The notes below the pieces were generated by a model. That model was not told the origin of the DNA, searched no databases, and saw only the letters and a program-made list of their open reading frames with translations. From Squalus acanthias (lineage: Eukaryota), in the NCBI GenBank assembly GCA_030390025.1, contig CM059431.1, positions 109,370,001 through 109,434,000 of the forward strand: a DNA stretch of 64,000 nt, read 5' to 3'. Positions within the stretch are counted from its first letter, which is position 1, and each line of letters begins with the position of its first letter. A program made the position numbers and the translations under genes. This document shows, piece by piece, positions 25,830 through 38,427 of this stretch.

Positions 25830-27900
25830 GCCGGTAACGTTCGGATGGGTGAAAACCGTTGCCTGTCTGAAGCACTCTGCACAGAAACACTGGGCTGAGT
25901 TTGGGAAGAGTTTTTCCAGAGCAGTTGAACCTACCGGAACTGCGGTGAAATCGCCGGGGAGAACTTTAGAAATTCACACCCTAAGAATGGAGGGGCTGAA
26001 AACGTCCGCTCTGAAGGTTGGGAGAGGTGGGGGTGGAACCTGTTCGAATTTGCCACGTAAACTTTAACCTTTGTGACTTGGGCGAAGTCGACCTCGGCAC
26101 AGAAAGCGGTGGCGTTTCCAAGGTGTCAGTTCCCCCCTCGACTTTAAAAGTGTGCTCTCGCTTTTAATGAACTTGAGTTCCTGCTGATTACAAATAAAAG
26201 TGCAAGACTTTCGCTTTCAATGGGAGAGGGGAGGGGGTGAAATTGACAGGGGAGTAAGTTGTGTGGAAGCAAGCAGGGGTGACTTGTAAGGGAAGGTAGC
26301 TCCCCTTGGCTGATCGCCCCCCTCGTGTGCCTGCAATGGTCTCCCGTCTGGTCTGGTCTGGTCGCTCACTCGCCCCCCTCTGTTTTCCCCTCTCCATGTC
26401 CATCCTTGCCCACCTCTGACTGCCCCTCGGGCCGCCCTTCCCCCTCCCCCTGTCCCATTCCATCCCAAGCCCGTCTCCCTGATGGGACTCTTACCTGGCG
26501 TTGGTGCAATCATTGTAGAGGATCTCGAAGTCCTTCCTGGAGATTAGCTTGCAGCGGTTGACCCCGGGCTGGATGGCGCCCAGACCCCTCAGAATGCGGA
26601 CCTGCTCCACGTTGCAGACCACGGGAGTTATATCCAGCCGCTTCAACTTGGTGTAGACGGTGTGAAGCCCCCCGACCAGGTGCTTGAGGAAGAGGTCGAA
26701 AGCCTGGGGCAGGCAGATGAGCTCGTGTCCGTCCACGGTGAACGAGGCCACCTTGGCCCCTCTCAGCTCGACCATCTTGCACTCGTTGTTCTGCGGCGTG
26801 TTCTCCACCGGGGACGGCGTGGAATAGACTGGCTTGGAGCTGCCGTCCGCCCGGAATAAAGTCTGTCCTGGTCCTGGTCCTGTTCCCCCTCCTGCTCCAG
26901 CTCCTCCGGCCGCCGCCACCGAGGAAGCAGAAATGGACGAGATGGCAGGGGACGAGGAAGAAGAGGAAGATGAAGAGGAGGAGGAGGATGAAGGGGTCGA
27001 GATCGGAGTCTGATTCACCGGAGCTGGTGGGATCAGGGCAACCGGGACGGCCATGGTCGCTGGTACATATAGAATTTGGAGAGAAAAAAAACCCACCCGA
27101 CTATATTCTCCTTTTAAAGAAAAAAAAATCAACACACATGCATTAAAAAAAAATGTTCAAGGTGGGTTCTGTGGCTGCTCAAAGTTGTCCTCTGCTCTGC
27201 AGTCCCCACTGGCTTGTTGAAGTTGTTATTGTTGTTATGTTTTTGAAGAGAGGCAGAGAGAAGGAGAAGGACTGTCGGACAAACACACACATAACACACA
27301 CATACACATAAACATCAAAAGGAGAAATGACTTGTCACACGGTATCCCGGGGGCGGAGCAATTAACTTTCCAGCCAGGAATAAATCAAATAGCGCCCTTT
27401 CCACTCGCATTAAGAGAGAGAGAGAGAGAGAGAAAGGGAAAGGCACGCCGATTCCTCTCCCCGAATAGCAAGGACAGCGAGCTACAAGAGAGACGGCATA
27501 AGTTTACAATAAATAGCTTCTCTGATCTAAATAATTGCAATGTAATGTAAATCGAGAGAGAGAGAGAGAGAGATCAACTTTCAAAACCAGCAGTGACTCA
27601 GGTAGCAGAAATCATCCGGCTTAACAGTGATCACAGGGCAAGAGAGCGTAGCTCCAGATTACTGCACCGAAAGCTTACACCCCATCAAACTGAAAAGCAA
27701 CCACCCCCCACACTCCCCAATAAATCAAACGAGATCATTCCTCTAATCTCAATACGTTGACAGTCTCCTTGCGAAAGATCTGGAGGAATCAGCAGTTTAA
27801 CTTTTCAGCGACGCTCCGTCGCCTCCACCCTGCCCCATCGGTACTGTAAGGGGAGGGGGTCTATGTGGGAGTATACATGTGGATATGAGAGATCCTACAC
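25830..27900 (-). promoter_or_regulatory. CpG/GC-rich exon-1, 5'UTR and promoter region of DACH1
   Basis: GC and CpG are elevated around exon 1, with (GA)n tracts at ~27413-27432 and ~27554-27573. The exact TSS cannot be determined from sequence. Confidence 0.55.
26495..27054 (-). CDS. DACH1: Dachshund homolog 1, first coding exon (Ser/Gly/Ala-rich N-terminus plus SKI/SNO/DAC DACHbox-N domain)
   Basis: The minus strand reads MAVPVALIPP...TLFR...KPVYSTPSPVENTPQNNECKMVELRGAKVASFTVDGHELICLPQAFDLFLKHLVGGLHTVYTKLKRLDITPVVCNVEQVRILRGLGAIQPGVNRCKLISRKDFEILYNDCTNA, near-identical to vertebrate DACH1; the MAVPxALIPP start favours DACH1 over DACH2. The ATG at 27054 has a strong Kozak context (GCGACCATGG). 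The exon ends at a canonical donor AG|GTAAGA (26495/26494), phase 2 (560 nt). Confidence 0.96.
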
Positions 27901-30900
27901 ATGGTCACTTTGAAATCAGGAACGTATCAATCAGATGCATTTACCCATTCAGTTCTATCAACACTTTTTTTTCCTAAGATGAGATGTATGTAAAAAAAAA
28001 GAGGCAAAAAACACATCACATCAACTTTAATAATTCAAATACATTTTAAATTCGAAAATCTGCCACCAGACCCAAGGAATAAACAACACCCAGCCCCGCC
28101 GTCCCCCTCTCAGCGAAGTCTGTCATTTTGTATGCAAACACAAAGAAATACCAAAGTTATTAAAAAAACACACCAGGACAGAACAAACAGGTCAGCCTTT
28201 TCAGCCTCCGGATGGTACCTGAGCCAAGGGATTTTGCAACGATTAACACGCGCACACACTCAAATTAAGCAAATAACTGCTCAGGATCGATCCCCAAATG
28301 TGTAGATATTCTATATAGGACAGGAATCAAATGGCATTAATGTAGTCAGCATCAGCACAATAGAATTAACACATCTTTTGCCTTGTGTCGGTTCGCTCGT
28401 CAATCCTACTGTGACCATTCTGATCTAAAGTAACATTTTAAAAATATGCAATTAAATATTAAATATGCAAAAGCTGTTTTAAATCCACCTTTCTGGCAAA
28501 AAGGTGACGTAGGTCAGGGTAAAGTTTGAGACGAAAATGAAAAGCACACTAAAGACAAAATTGTTTTAGCGGAGTCTATTCTTTTCAGCACCTGTCATTT
28601 TATTTCTCAAATTAAAGATGCAGGTGACACTCAAAATGCCGGTTTTCAAAATGCGGACGGAATAATTATTCCTACTGCAAAAAAAAACAAGTCAAATGAA
28701 ATTTAATTTGCAGTTAAAATGGAAGATATCCCCCTCCCCCCTCCCCCATTTTAATTTAGCAAGGGTGGCCACATATGACATTTAAACATAAAGAATTGCC
28801 AGTCTTTAAGTGCGGAAGCGGCAGATTGTGATGCAAAGATAAATCAATAAGATCATTTAAAATTCAGAGGCTCTGAGACAACGGCTTCAATTTGTCCTTT
28901 TGTTATTGTCCTTTACAAATCCTGAGCTCTAATCACAGTTTATAATCTCCATGGGGGAGCGCGAAGAACGCCAGCTTTGCACAAAAAAAACAGCTTTTAT
29001 TGTGGGGAGGGGGGAGTTAACATTCGCCCATGTTCGGACAAACTGCTTGACTGAGTCGACAACTTGAGATGTTGGGGGGAAATACAGCAAGTGGGTTGGT
29101 TGGCGCGGCAGTCATTTGAAATATTTAAAAATAAATCTCAGAGAATTAGACAAAACGTCTGATGTTAATGGTATTGAGCTGACCGTTCGGGGAGAAAAGT
29201 TCCACACATGTGTTTTTTCAACAAGTCTCCCCCTCCCGTCCACAGGCACACAAACAAAACGTTACTTTGGTCTTTTTTTTTTGCACATGCAATAGAACTA
29301 TAGATTCGAAGTGGGTCGAACTGTTTACATTTATCTAAAAAGCAGTGGTGTTTGTCCCTCTGCACAGGGCTGTGTATGTGAGATCAGGAGCTGTGAATAA
29401 ACATGGATAAGCTCCCAATGCAGCTGACAGTCAAACTTGAAGTTCATTTAAATAGCGACCAGAAGGATCTCATGATTAATAGATGCAAGTGTCGAGCTGG
29501 TATTCCAAGCACGACCCACTGTAATTGTGTTTGCTTTTAATTGAAGCCAGGGCGCTTCAAGAACTTGCATTTGAATTCATGTGGAAGGGATATTTAAAAA
29601 AAAAACGTTTTTGACCGCAGATATGTAAATGAAGACCGACGTTGCTCTGACAAAACAGGCAACATTTCGCAAAACTGCAGAAATTAAAAAAAAAACGAAA
29701 ATAGCACACAATTAACCGCCCACAGCAGGCAACATCTAACAAATAATGTTTTCGAGTTCAGCCACACATTTCAATGTCATCACTTGTCTTCCCAATTTGT
29801 GGAGTTGTTCTGATTGTAAATTGCTATAGATTAGAAAATAGAAAAGCTTAGCCATAGACAGTGGGAATTAGAAATAAAACGCTTTGTGAGATAACGGACA
29901 CATTTGTGTAGAAAAAGATCGCAGGTTTGGTTTAAGTTATCCTGCCAACACATACACACTTATTCAGTCGTACATCATTTTGCATCTTGAGGCCGCTATC
30001 TTGTGCTACTGTTTTCGGCTCTCTCACACACACACACCTTCTACTTTCACTTATATGAAATTGGTCGCAAGTTCAGAGTTATTGGGATGGCCATGACCGT
30101 AAAAATTACACCACACATGATTTGACTGCAACGTTTTAATACTGACTCTGCCATCGGAACATGGGGGGCGGGGGGGGGGGGGGGGGGGGGGGAAGGTTTA
30201 GTCAGTAGAGGAAGCCTTATCACACCTGAAATGTTTGCTGAACACTCGTCCTTAGGGAGCCCACTGACACCTACAGTATACTGGGTTACGTCTGTGTCGC
30301 TTGCTTACAAGGCACTGAACTGCCCGAAACTCCAATTCGCATTCGACTATGTAAGTGACAAGCTCCTCCTAATGGAGGTTTTATTGCATTTTCATTCCTG
30401 AAGCGGTAAGGACATTTTCACCAGCGAAACGCATCTCCATTCAACCTTCATCGCTTTCAGTCAGGTTCTGCAAGAATTTCCTGTCAATAAATCATTCCTA
30501 TCGTTAATTCATTAATAAAATCACGGAAAATGCGGTTATCTATTGACCATGTAAATATATATTTTAATCGTCGTTTCTTTTAGATCAAAGGTGCGTTCAC
30601 GAACCATTGACTAGTACAACCTTGGCTCTTTATTAATTAATAATCTTTGTAACCATTACAATTAGTACGTTATATTTGTTACATGGCAGACAATAAACAT
30701 TAACCAATCACAATGCGAGTAAACGTCTGCCTCTATTAAACGTAAAGAATTAAATAGGCAAATTGATCAATAATTTACGTGACTAGTACGAACTGCAAAC
30801 ATCAATATCCATAATGTACAGCAAGAGTACTTTCAAAGTGTTGGCTGCAAAGGCATCATTTGCTTCGGAGGAAGTGAGTGTAACCAACAGGAGTAAAAGA

Positions 30901-31867
30901 ACATGTTAATTTCCCATCACCAGCACTGTGGCAGATCAGCAAGCAAACAAATAAAAAAAAGACACATTTTGTGAACAGGTCCATCTTGTCTCGACACGTC
31001 CCTGAAGGATCTGGTCGCTTCTTGTCAGTTTCATCAGCATGCACAACCTGCCTGGGCTGCGGAGATGTTAGCAATCGCCGCAACTCCCTGAGCGGCCCAG
31101 GATTAATACCTTACACAGACTGCCAAGGAGGGGAAAACGAGAAATTAAACGAAATACAAAAGGTGTATAATCTTTCTGTACGGTTTTGTAAATGATTAAA
31201 ACGTGAGATGTCTTTAATTTCCAAATGTAGAGGTGATTCATGACTGGCGTGGAGCTGATTGCTCAGGTGACTGTTAACCCACTTGTGTTTTCTCTCCCTC
31301 TCTGCATCGATTTAGAGACAATTTTCTGGTCAGTTTCATAAACCGGTGATGTAGCTTCCCTGGATACTGACCGACCCGGCAGCGGTGTGGTTAAAAAAAA
31401 AGGAGGGCAGATTACTGTACCGAAACGAATAGAACTTTTCAAAAGAAACAATTTTAGGTTTAAAAAGATATCCCATTCATCTTAGTAAAGTCGATGCATT
31501 TTGAGGTTTATTGCTGACTTTAAACAGGGACATTCAAGGATGGAGATGTGTCAATTTAAATTTGATCAACTGGAACACCTCGTAACGACTTCATATGAAA
31601 GACTTTTTTATAACCTGCTTTAAAGATTTCTAAACATTGTAGTCAGCGAGAAACGCCGCATTGTTTCCAACCGATATAGTTTTGAAAACCTTAATCAATA
31701 TAATTTTAAGTGGCATTGGATAAAAATGACCTGTGTGGGAGCACATTGCTAGGCCGTTCCTTCATTGGCCAAAACCACGCACTAAAGATCAAGGTCTGCC
31801 TATCTGATTTATAAAGCTGTACATCAGAGTGCAGTCGAATTTATTGCTGACTCGTTCTTTGTGCATT

Positions 31868-32297
31868 GAAAGACTTGCATTTCTATAGCGACTTTCACGA
31901 CCTCAGGACGTCTCAAAGCGCTTTACAGCCAATAAAGTACTTTTTGGAGTGTAGTCACTGTTGTAATGTAGGAAACGGGCAGCCAATCTGCGCACAGCAA
32001 GCTCCCACAAACAGCAATGTGGTAATGACCAGATAATCTGTTTTAGTGATGTTGATTGAGGGATAACTATTGGCCAGGACAATGGGGATAACTTCCCTGC
32101 TCTTCTTCGAAATAGTGCTGTGGGATCTTTCCTGTCCACCTGAGAGAGCAGACGGGGCCTCGGTTTAACGTCTCATCCCTCAGCACTGCACTGGAGTATC
32201 AGCCTAGATTTTTGTGCTCAAGTCTCTGGAGTGGGACTTGAACCCACAACCTCCTGACTCAGGAGGTGAGAGTGCTACCCACTGAGCCAGGGCTGAC
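31868..32297 (-). mobile_element. DeuSINE copy
   Basis: Reverse complement of the 3543-4030 family including the B box (GGACTTGAACC), with a small internal deletion. Confidence 0.85.
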
Positions 32298-33327
32298 TCA
32301 AATTGAGACAATGTGTATATTTACAGGGACAATTGTGCAGGTGAAGTGAACACAGCAAAGTTGTAAGAATTGAAAAGTAACACACACACATATATGTATA
32401 CATATATAAATAGAGAGGGGTTCTATTTCGCAGCTACCAAACTCTCAGCCTGGTGTTTTGCAAAAAGAAGTGAGACATTTACAGGCAACATCAAATGTAT
32501 TAAAACAGTAAACAAACATGAGGGAGTTTATCGATTTTGCTTTCATTTTATCGTCTCGCAACAAAGCGACCTTTCCAGGGAATTAATCATACTAAACCGA
32601 GCTCAGCTGAAAGAGAAATCAGCTCTTACCCTTTCGACATTACCCTCTATCTTCCAAACTCCCGACTTTAAGAGTTTGCATCGTTCGCCAGTGCGCATTT
32701 ATTAGAAAAGTTCATAGACTGTCAGTGATATTTTTAGTCAGTAATTTGATTCATTTCTTTCAGTTTGATCAGGTTTCACTTTATATTACTGTGTTGTTTG
32801 TGTGTTGAAGAAAATTGCCCGTTATTATGTCTGCATTTTAAAACATTTCTGTTTATGAAAACAATCTTACAATTTGCTGGTGCTAAACTTTAAAACCTTT
32901 AACTCCTGTTACATTTTGCGGATTATAATCTATTGAAAAAGTTTTTTTTGAATGAAAGATGTCTCCCGGTTTTTAACCTTTTGTTAAATACTACCTTTCA
33001 CAGTAAACGGTATGACAGTAAGACTTTTAAACGAATATATAGCTTAAAAGGTGTAATTTTATGAAAGTAATTGATTCTGGATATTTTTGCGATCCGTTTG
33101 TTTTCTCAAGACGGGACTGAAATTAAATGATGAGATAAAAGCGACCTCTATAGGAGAAAGAAAGTAACTGTTCCTTTTCGCCCCATTATTAAAAAGACAT
33201 GTTTGCACAATCATTGAGTGCACAGAGCCTTGCATTTTATTTGATCAAACTCATACAAGTTACATTAGTAAAAATGTAAATAGAAAAATATATTAAATAT
33301 ATAAATAGATTTTGTTCTATCTATTAT

Positions 33328-33645
33328 CCGCGATATCTGCACTCCCCCAATTCCGGCATCTTGAGCATCTCCGATTTTAATCGCTTCATCATTGGCGGCC
33401 AAGCCTTCAGCTACCAAGGCCCGAAACTCTGGAATTCCTTCCCAAAACCTCTCCGCCTCTCTTCCTCTATTTCCTCCTTTAAGACGCTCCTTAAAATCTA
33501 CCTCTTTGACCAAGCTTTTGGTCACCTGCCCTAATATCTCCTTATGTGGCTCGGTGTCAAATTTTGTTTTATAACACTCCTGTGAAGCGCCTTGGGAAAT
33601 TTTACGTTAAAGGCGCTATATAAATACACGTTGTTGTTATTGTTG
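33328..33645 (+). mobile_element. L2 LINE 3' fragment
   Basis: Same family as 508-808, ending in (TTG)n. Confidence 0.8.
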
Positions 33646-34020
33646 GTTAACAAGCGTTCTTTTGATCTCACTACATTTAGCTGAATCCTTTTCTAGTTTA
33701 GTGAGCTGTCCAGGCTTGGAGTAAAGTGAGGGCGCACAAGGTAAGCACATGGCAAAAGTTTTTTGTTTCATCTTGGCTCATCCAAGCAAAACAGAAACCA
33801 TACAGCAGCCTCATCAGGTTATCTAACTGTATCCTGATTAAATCCAAGGTTTTCTCATTTACTCTCCTACCCAGAAGACCATTCTCAAAAGTTGATCACT
33901 CTGTGTGTAAAGAAACTCTCCCTTAAAATGTCATCAATTTACCTTTCATCGATTTTAATCTATACCCCCTTGTTCTAGTATTCTACCTTCCCTTGAAGTA
34001 GTGTTCTGGACTTACCTTAC

Positions 34021-34205
34021 CTGCTGCCCCTATCCTAACTCGCACCAAGTCCCGTTCACCTATCACCCCTGTGCTCACTGACCTGCAATGGCTCCCGGTC
34101 CGGCAATGCCTCGATTTAAAATTCACATCCTTGTTTTCAAATCTCTCTATGGCATCGCCCCTTCCTATCTCTGTAACCTCTTCCAGCCCTACATCCCTCC
34201 AAGAT
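34021..34205 (+). mobile_element. L2 LINE internal fragment (truncated by adjacent LINE)
   Basis: CTGCTGCCCCTATCCTAACTCGCACCAAGTCCCGTTCACC...CAATGGCTCCCGG encodes an L2 ORF2 'LTDLQWLPV' motif and matches 59471 onward. Confidence 0.75.
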
Positions 34206-37190
34206 TTTTTTTTATTAGTTCATGGGATGTGGGCAAGGCCAGCATTTATTGCCCATCCCTAATTGCCTTTGAGAAGGTGGTGGTGAGCCACCTTCTTGAA
34301 CCGCTGCAGTCCGTGTGGTAAAGGTACTCCCACAGAGCTGTTAGGGAGCGAGTTCCATGATTTTAACCCAGCGACGATAAAAGTTCGACAATATACTTCT
34401 AAGTCAGGATGGTGTGTAACTTGGAGGGGAACTTGCAGGTGATGGTGTTCCCATGCGCCTGCTGCCCTTGTCCTTCTAGGTGGTAGAGGTCACGGGTTTG
34501 GGAGGTGCTGCCGAAGAAGCCTTGGCGAGTTGCTGCAGTGCATTTTGTAGATGGTACACACTGCAGCCACGGTGCGCCGGTGGTGGAGGGAGTGAATGTT
34601 TAAAGTGGTGGATGGGGGGCCAATCAAGCGGGCTGCTTTGTCCTGGATGGTGTCGAGCTTCTTGAGTGTTGTTGGAGCTGCACTCATCCAGGCAAGTGGA
34701 GAGTATTTCATCACACTCCTTACTTGTGCCTTGTAGATGGTGGAAAGGCTTTGGGGAGTCAGGAGGTGAGACACTTGCCACAGAATACCCAGACTCTGAC
34801 CTGCTCTTGTAGCCGCAGTATTTATGTGGCTGGTCCAATTAAGTTTCTGGTCAATGGTGACCACCAGGATGTTGATGGTGGGGGATTCAGCGATGGTAAT
34901 GCCGTTGATTGTCAAGGGGAGGTGGTTAGACTCTCGCTTGTTGGAGATAGTCATTGCCTGGCATGTGTGTGGTGTGAATGTTACCAGTCACTTATCAGCC
35001 CAAGTCTGAATGTCGTCCAGGTCTTGCTGCATGCGGGCATGGACTGCTTCATTATCTGAGGAGTTGTGAATGGCACTGAACACTGTGCAGTCATCAGCGA
35101 ACATCCCCATTTCTGACCTTATAATGGAGGGAAGGTCATTGATAAAGCAGCTGAAGATGGTTGGGCCTAGGACACTGCCCCGAGGAACTCCTGCAGTGAT
35201 GTCCTGGAGCTAAGATGATTGATCTCCAACAACCACAACCATCTTTCTTTGTACTAGGTATGACTCCAGCCAGTGGAGAGTTTTCCCCCTGATTCACATT
35301 GTCTTAAGTTTTACTAGGCTGCCTTGATGTCAAGGGCAGTCACTCTCACCTCACCTCTGGAATTCAGCCCCTTTGTCCATGTTTGGACCAAGGCTGTAAT
35401 GAGGTCTGGAGCCGAGTGGTCCTGGCATAACCCAGACTGAGCATCAGTGAGCAGGTTATTGGTGAGTAAGTGCCGCTTGATAGCACTGTTGACGACACCT
35501 TCCATCACTTTGCTGATGACTGAGAGTAGACTGATGGGGCGGTAATTGGTCGGATTGGATCTGTCCTGCCTTTTGTGGACAGGACATACCTGGACAGTTT
35601 TCCACATTGTTGGATAGATGCCAGTATTGTAGCTGTACTGGAACAGCTTGGCTAGAGGTGCGACTAGTTCTGGAGCACAAGTCTTCAGCACGATAGCCAG
35701 GATGTTGTCGGGGCCCATAGCCTTTGCTGTATCCAGTGCGCTCAGCCGTGTCTTGATATCACGTGGAGTGAATCGAATTGGCTGAAGACTGGCTTCTGTG
35801 ATGGTGGGGACCTCAGGAGAAGGCCAAGATGGATCATCCACTCGGCACTTCTGGCTGAAGATGGTTGCAAACGATTCAGCCTTGTCTTTTGCACTCACGT
35901 GCTGGGCTCCACAATCATTGAGGATAGGGATAGTCATGGAGCTTCCTCCTCCCGTTAGTTGTTTAATGATCCTCCACCATTCATGACTGGATGTGGCAGG
36001 ACTGCAGAGCTTTGATCTGATCGTTGATTGTTGGATCACTTAGCCCTGTCTATAGCATACTGCTTCTACTGTTTAGCATGCATGAAGTCCTGTGTTGCAG
36101 CTTCCCCAGGTTGGCACCTCATTTTTAGGTACGCCTGGTGCTTCTCCTGGCTTGCTCTTCTACACTCCTTATTGAACCAGGGTTGGTCCCCTGGCTTGAT
36201 GGTAATGGTAGAGTGAGGGATATGCTGAGCCATGAGGTTACAGATTGTGGTGGAAAGCAATTCTGCTGCTGCTGATGGCCCACAGCACCTCATAGATGCC
36301 CAGTTTTGATCTGCTAGATCTATTCTGAATCTATCCCATTTAGCACGGTGGTAGTGCCACACAACATGATGGAGGATGTCGTCAGTGTGAAGAACGGGCT
36401 TTGTCTCCACAATGACTGTGCGGTGGTCACTGCTACCAATGCTGTCATGGATAGATGCATCCGTGACAGGTAGATTGGTGAGGACAAGGTCAGGTAGTGT
36501 CATAAATCGCAAGTAACAACTCAGGAAGTACTACTGGGTGGCCAGCTGGGGCGCCGTCCAGGGAGTATAAATACTCAGGAATGGGCCCACCTTGGGCAGA
36601 GACAATCTGGAAACAGGAAGCTAGTGACTGCTAACTAGACCTCCATGTTTTGTTACAAGTTGATTAAAGCCTTGCTTTATGTTCAAGTGCGTAGTGAGTC
36701 TTTATTACGTCAGGTAGGTTTTCCCCTCATGTTGGTTCTCTCACCACCTGCTGCAGGCCCAGTCTGGCAGTTATGTCCTTCAGGCCTCGGCCAGCTCAGT
36801 CAGTAGTGGTGCTACCGAGCCACTCTTGGCGATGGACATTGAAGACCCCCACCCAGAGTACATTCTGTGCCCTTGCTTCTCTCAGTGCTTCTTCCAAGTG
36901 GTGTTCAACATGGAGGGAGTACTGATTCATCAGCTGAGGGAGGGCGGTAGGTGGTAATCAGCAGGAGGTTTTCTTGCCCATGCTTGACCTGAAGCCATGA
37001 GATTTCATGGAGTCTGGAGTCAATGCTGAGGACTCCCAGGGCCACTCCCTCCCGACTGTATACAACTGAGTGGCTTGCTAGGCCATTTCAGAGGGCAGTT
37101 AAGAGTCAACCACATTGCTGTGGGTCTGGAGTCACATATAGGCCAGACCAGGTAAGGATGGTAGATTTCCTTCCCTAAAGGACATTAGTT
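34206..37190 (-). mobile_element. CR1-group LINE, second family (APE + RT remnants, poly-A tail), 5'-truncated and disrupted
   Basis: Minus-strand ORFs carry RT motifs KAMGPDNI, NYRPISLLS, ALDIKA, the FADD region and LKKLDTIQDKAARLI. APE-like LITTYRPPS lies near 36950 and SDH near 36430. Poly(T) on the + strand at 34205-34212. The last ~125 bp may be a separate element. Confidence 0.85.
36498..36712 (+). mobile_element. Short solo LTR inserted in LINE
   Basis: TGTCATAA...TTACGTCA termini, GGTAG direct repeats on both sides, TATAAA at 36566 and ATTAAA at 36663. The LINE sequence resumes colinearly after it. Confidence 0.6.
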
Positions 37191-38427
37191 TCCAATGTCT
37201 AATATTTTACACTTGTCCATAATGAATTTTATCTACCAATATTCTTCCCGTTTACAGATTTCATCTAACTCCTTTTCTAGTTCCCGATTGCTTCCTTTGA
37301 TTCAACTTGTCCCTCACATCCCTTTCTTCCAATTTACCATTGCTGCACAACAATCACATTATGGTTGCTCCAGGATAATGGTACTGATGTGCACAATTAT
37401 GTTTCTGTGGTCAGATATCATCTGAACATTAATTGACTGAAAATCCTTTCTGTTCATGATGACCACGGAGTTTATATTCCAGAGCCCCAATGCCCACATG
37501 GCTACCATATGTGACTCTTTTCAATTAAGAGAACCTAGCAAAATCTGAGGTTTCCGTCCAACTGATGCCTTCTTTCCACAGGAAAGGTGATGAAGAAGTT
37601 GTCCTTTACAAATATAGTAGTTGTAACTTATTTGATACATGTGAGTACTGCAGATTGCCTGATTTGGTGGATGTCGCCTGAGTTGGCTGGAAGGATGACG
37701 TGGCATGAAAGCTCAGTTCTACAGGAGGGACACCCCTGATTCAGATTGTGTCTGCAGGTCAGTGAGCAGTAGATGCCACAACTCCGCATCTTATGAAGTG
37801 AAGGCAACAAAGATAGGTCTCCTTTGAGATGTTCAGATACAGGTGAAGGAGTCTATTGAGGCAAATCCCGGGGTAGTGACGGATGTGGCCATAACATAGG
37901 TCATTGCACTTGCCTTTCATGGTCCCTCAACAAATTCCTGCTCCTCATCTGAATTATGCATTGCATTTGGAATTCCCCACCCCACACCCGCCACCCACCC
38001 CCCCTACAAAGAACACTCATTATCATCTCTTTGTATGATGTAAAGTCAAAGCGAGCGGTAACCAAGAATAAAGGAGCAAAGTATTACCGGGGAATAAAAT
38101 TGCAAAAATGGGGGAACTGTACAGCAAAACTAGTGCATGGAACAAAATGCAGCAAAGGGTACATAAAAATGCAACCACCCCACCAATTACTTGATTCAAT
38201 ACCACTATCTCCTTTTAAGAAGTCTACTTGAGCAAACCAGGCCTCCTTTGAGTGAGGCTCGTGCAGAGCTTTGGCTGAAGACATGAAGTTTAGCGTGGGA
38301 CTCTTTTAATGGAATTTAAATATTATATTGGGCCAGTAGCATGGCGTCAACATTTGCACCCATTGGAAAGTCTGATATCTTGCAAATCAGTCACACAAGG
38401 CCAGGCTCCTTATTTTCCAACCCAGAC

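Larger units (their letters stand above)
1..26494 (-). other. DACH1: DACH1 intron 1 (partial; continues beyond window start)
   Basis: Lies downstream of the GT donor at 26494. No segment encoding the expected continuation (SRPGRPPKR...) was recognised in 1-26494. Confidence 0.8.

Noticed and set aside
26510..26859. Alternative-frame and antisense ORFs overlapping DACH1 exon 1
   Set aside because: An expected by-product of GC-rich coding sequence, with no independent evidence.
27055..27135. N-terminal extension of the 214-aa ORF (MLIFFSLKG...)
   Set aside because: It starts at a TTG in T-rich UTR-like sequence. Homology and Kozak context place the start at ATG 27054.
30163..30192. Poly-G run (also poly-C at ~59595-59614) as a functional G-quadruplex
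   Set aside because: Simple homopolymers of uncertain assembly length, with no further support.
33328..34205. Two L2 pieces that are complementary halves in swapped order
   Set aside because: Independent truncated insertions explain this equally well, and no junction evidence for a rearrangement was seen.
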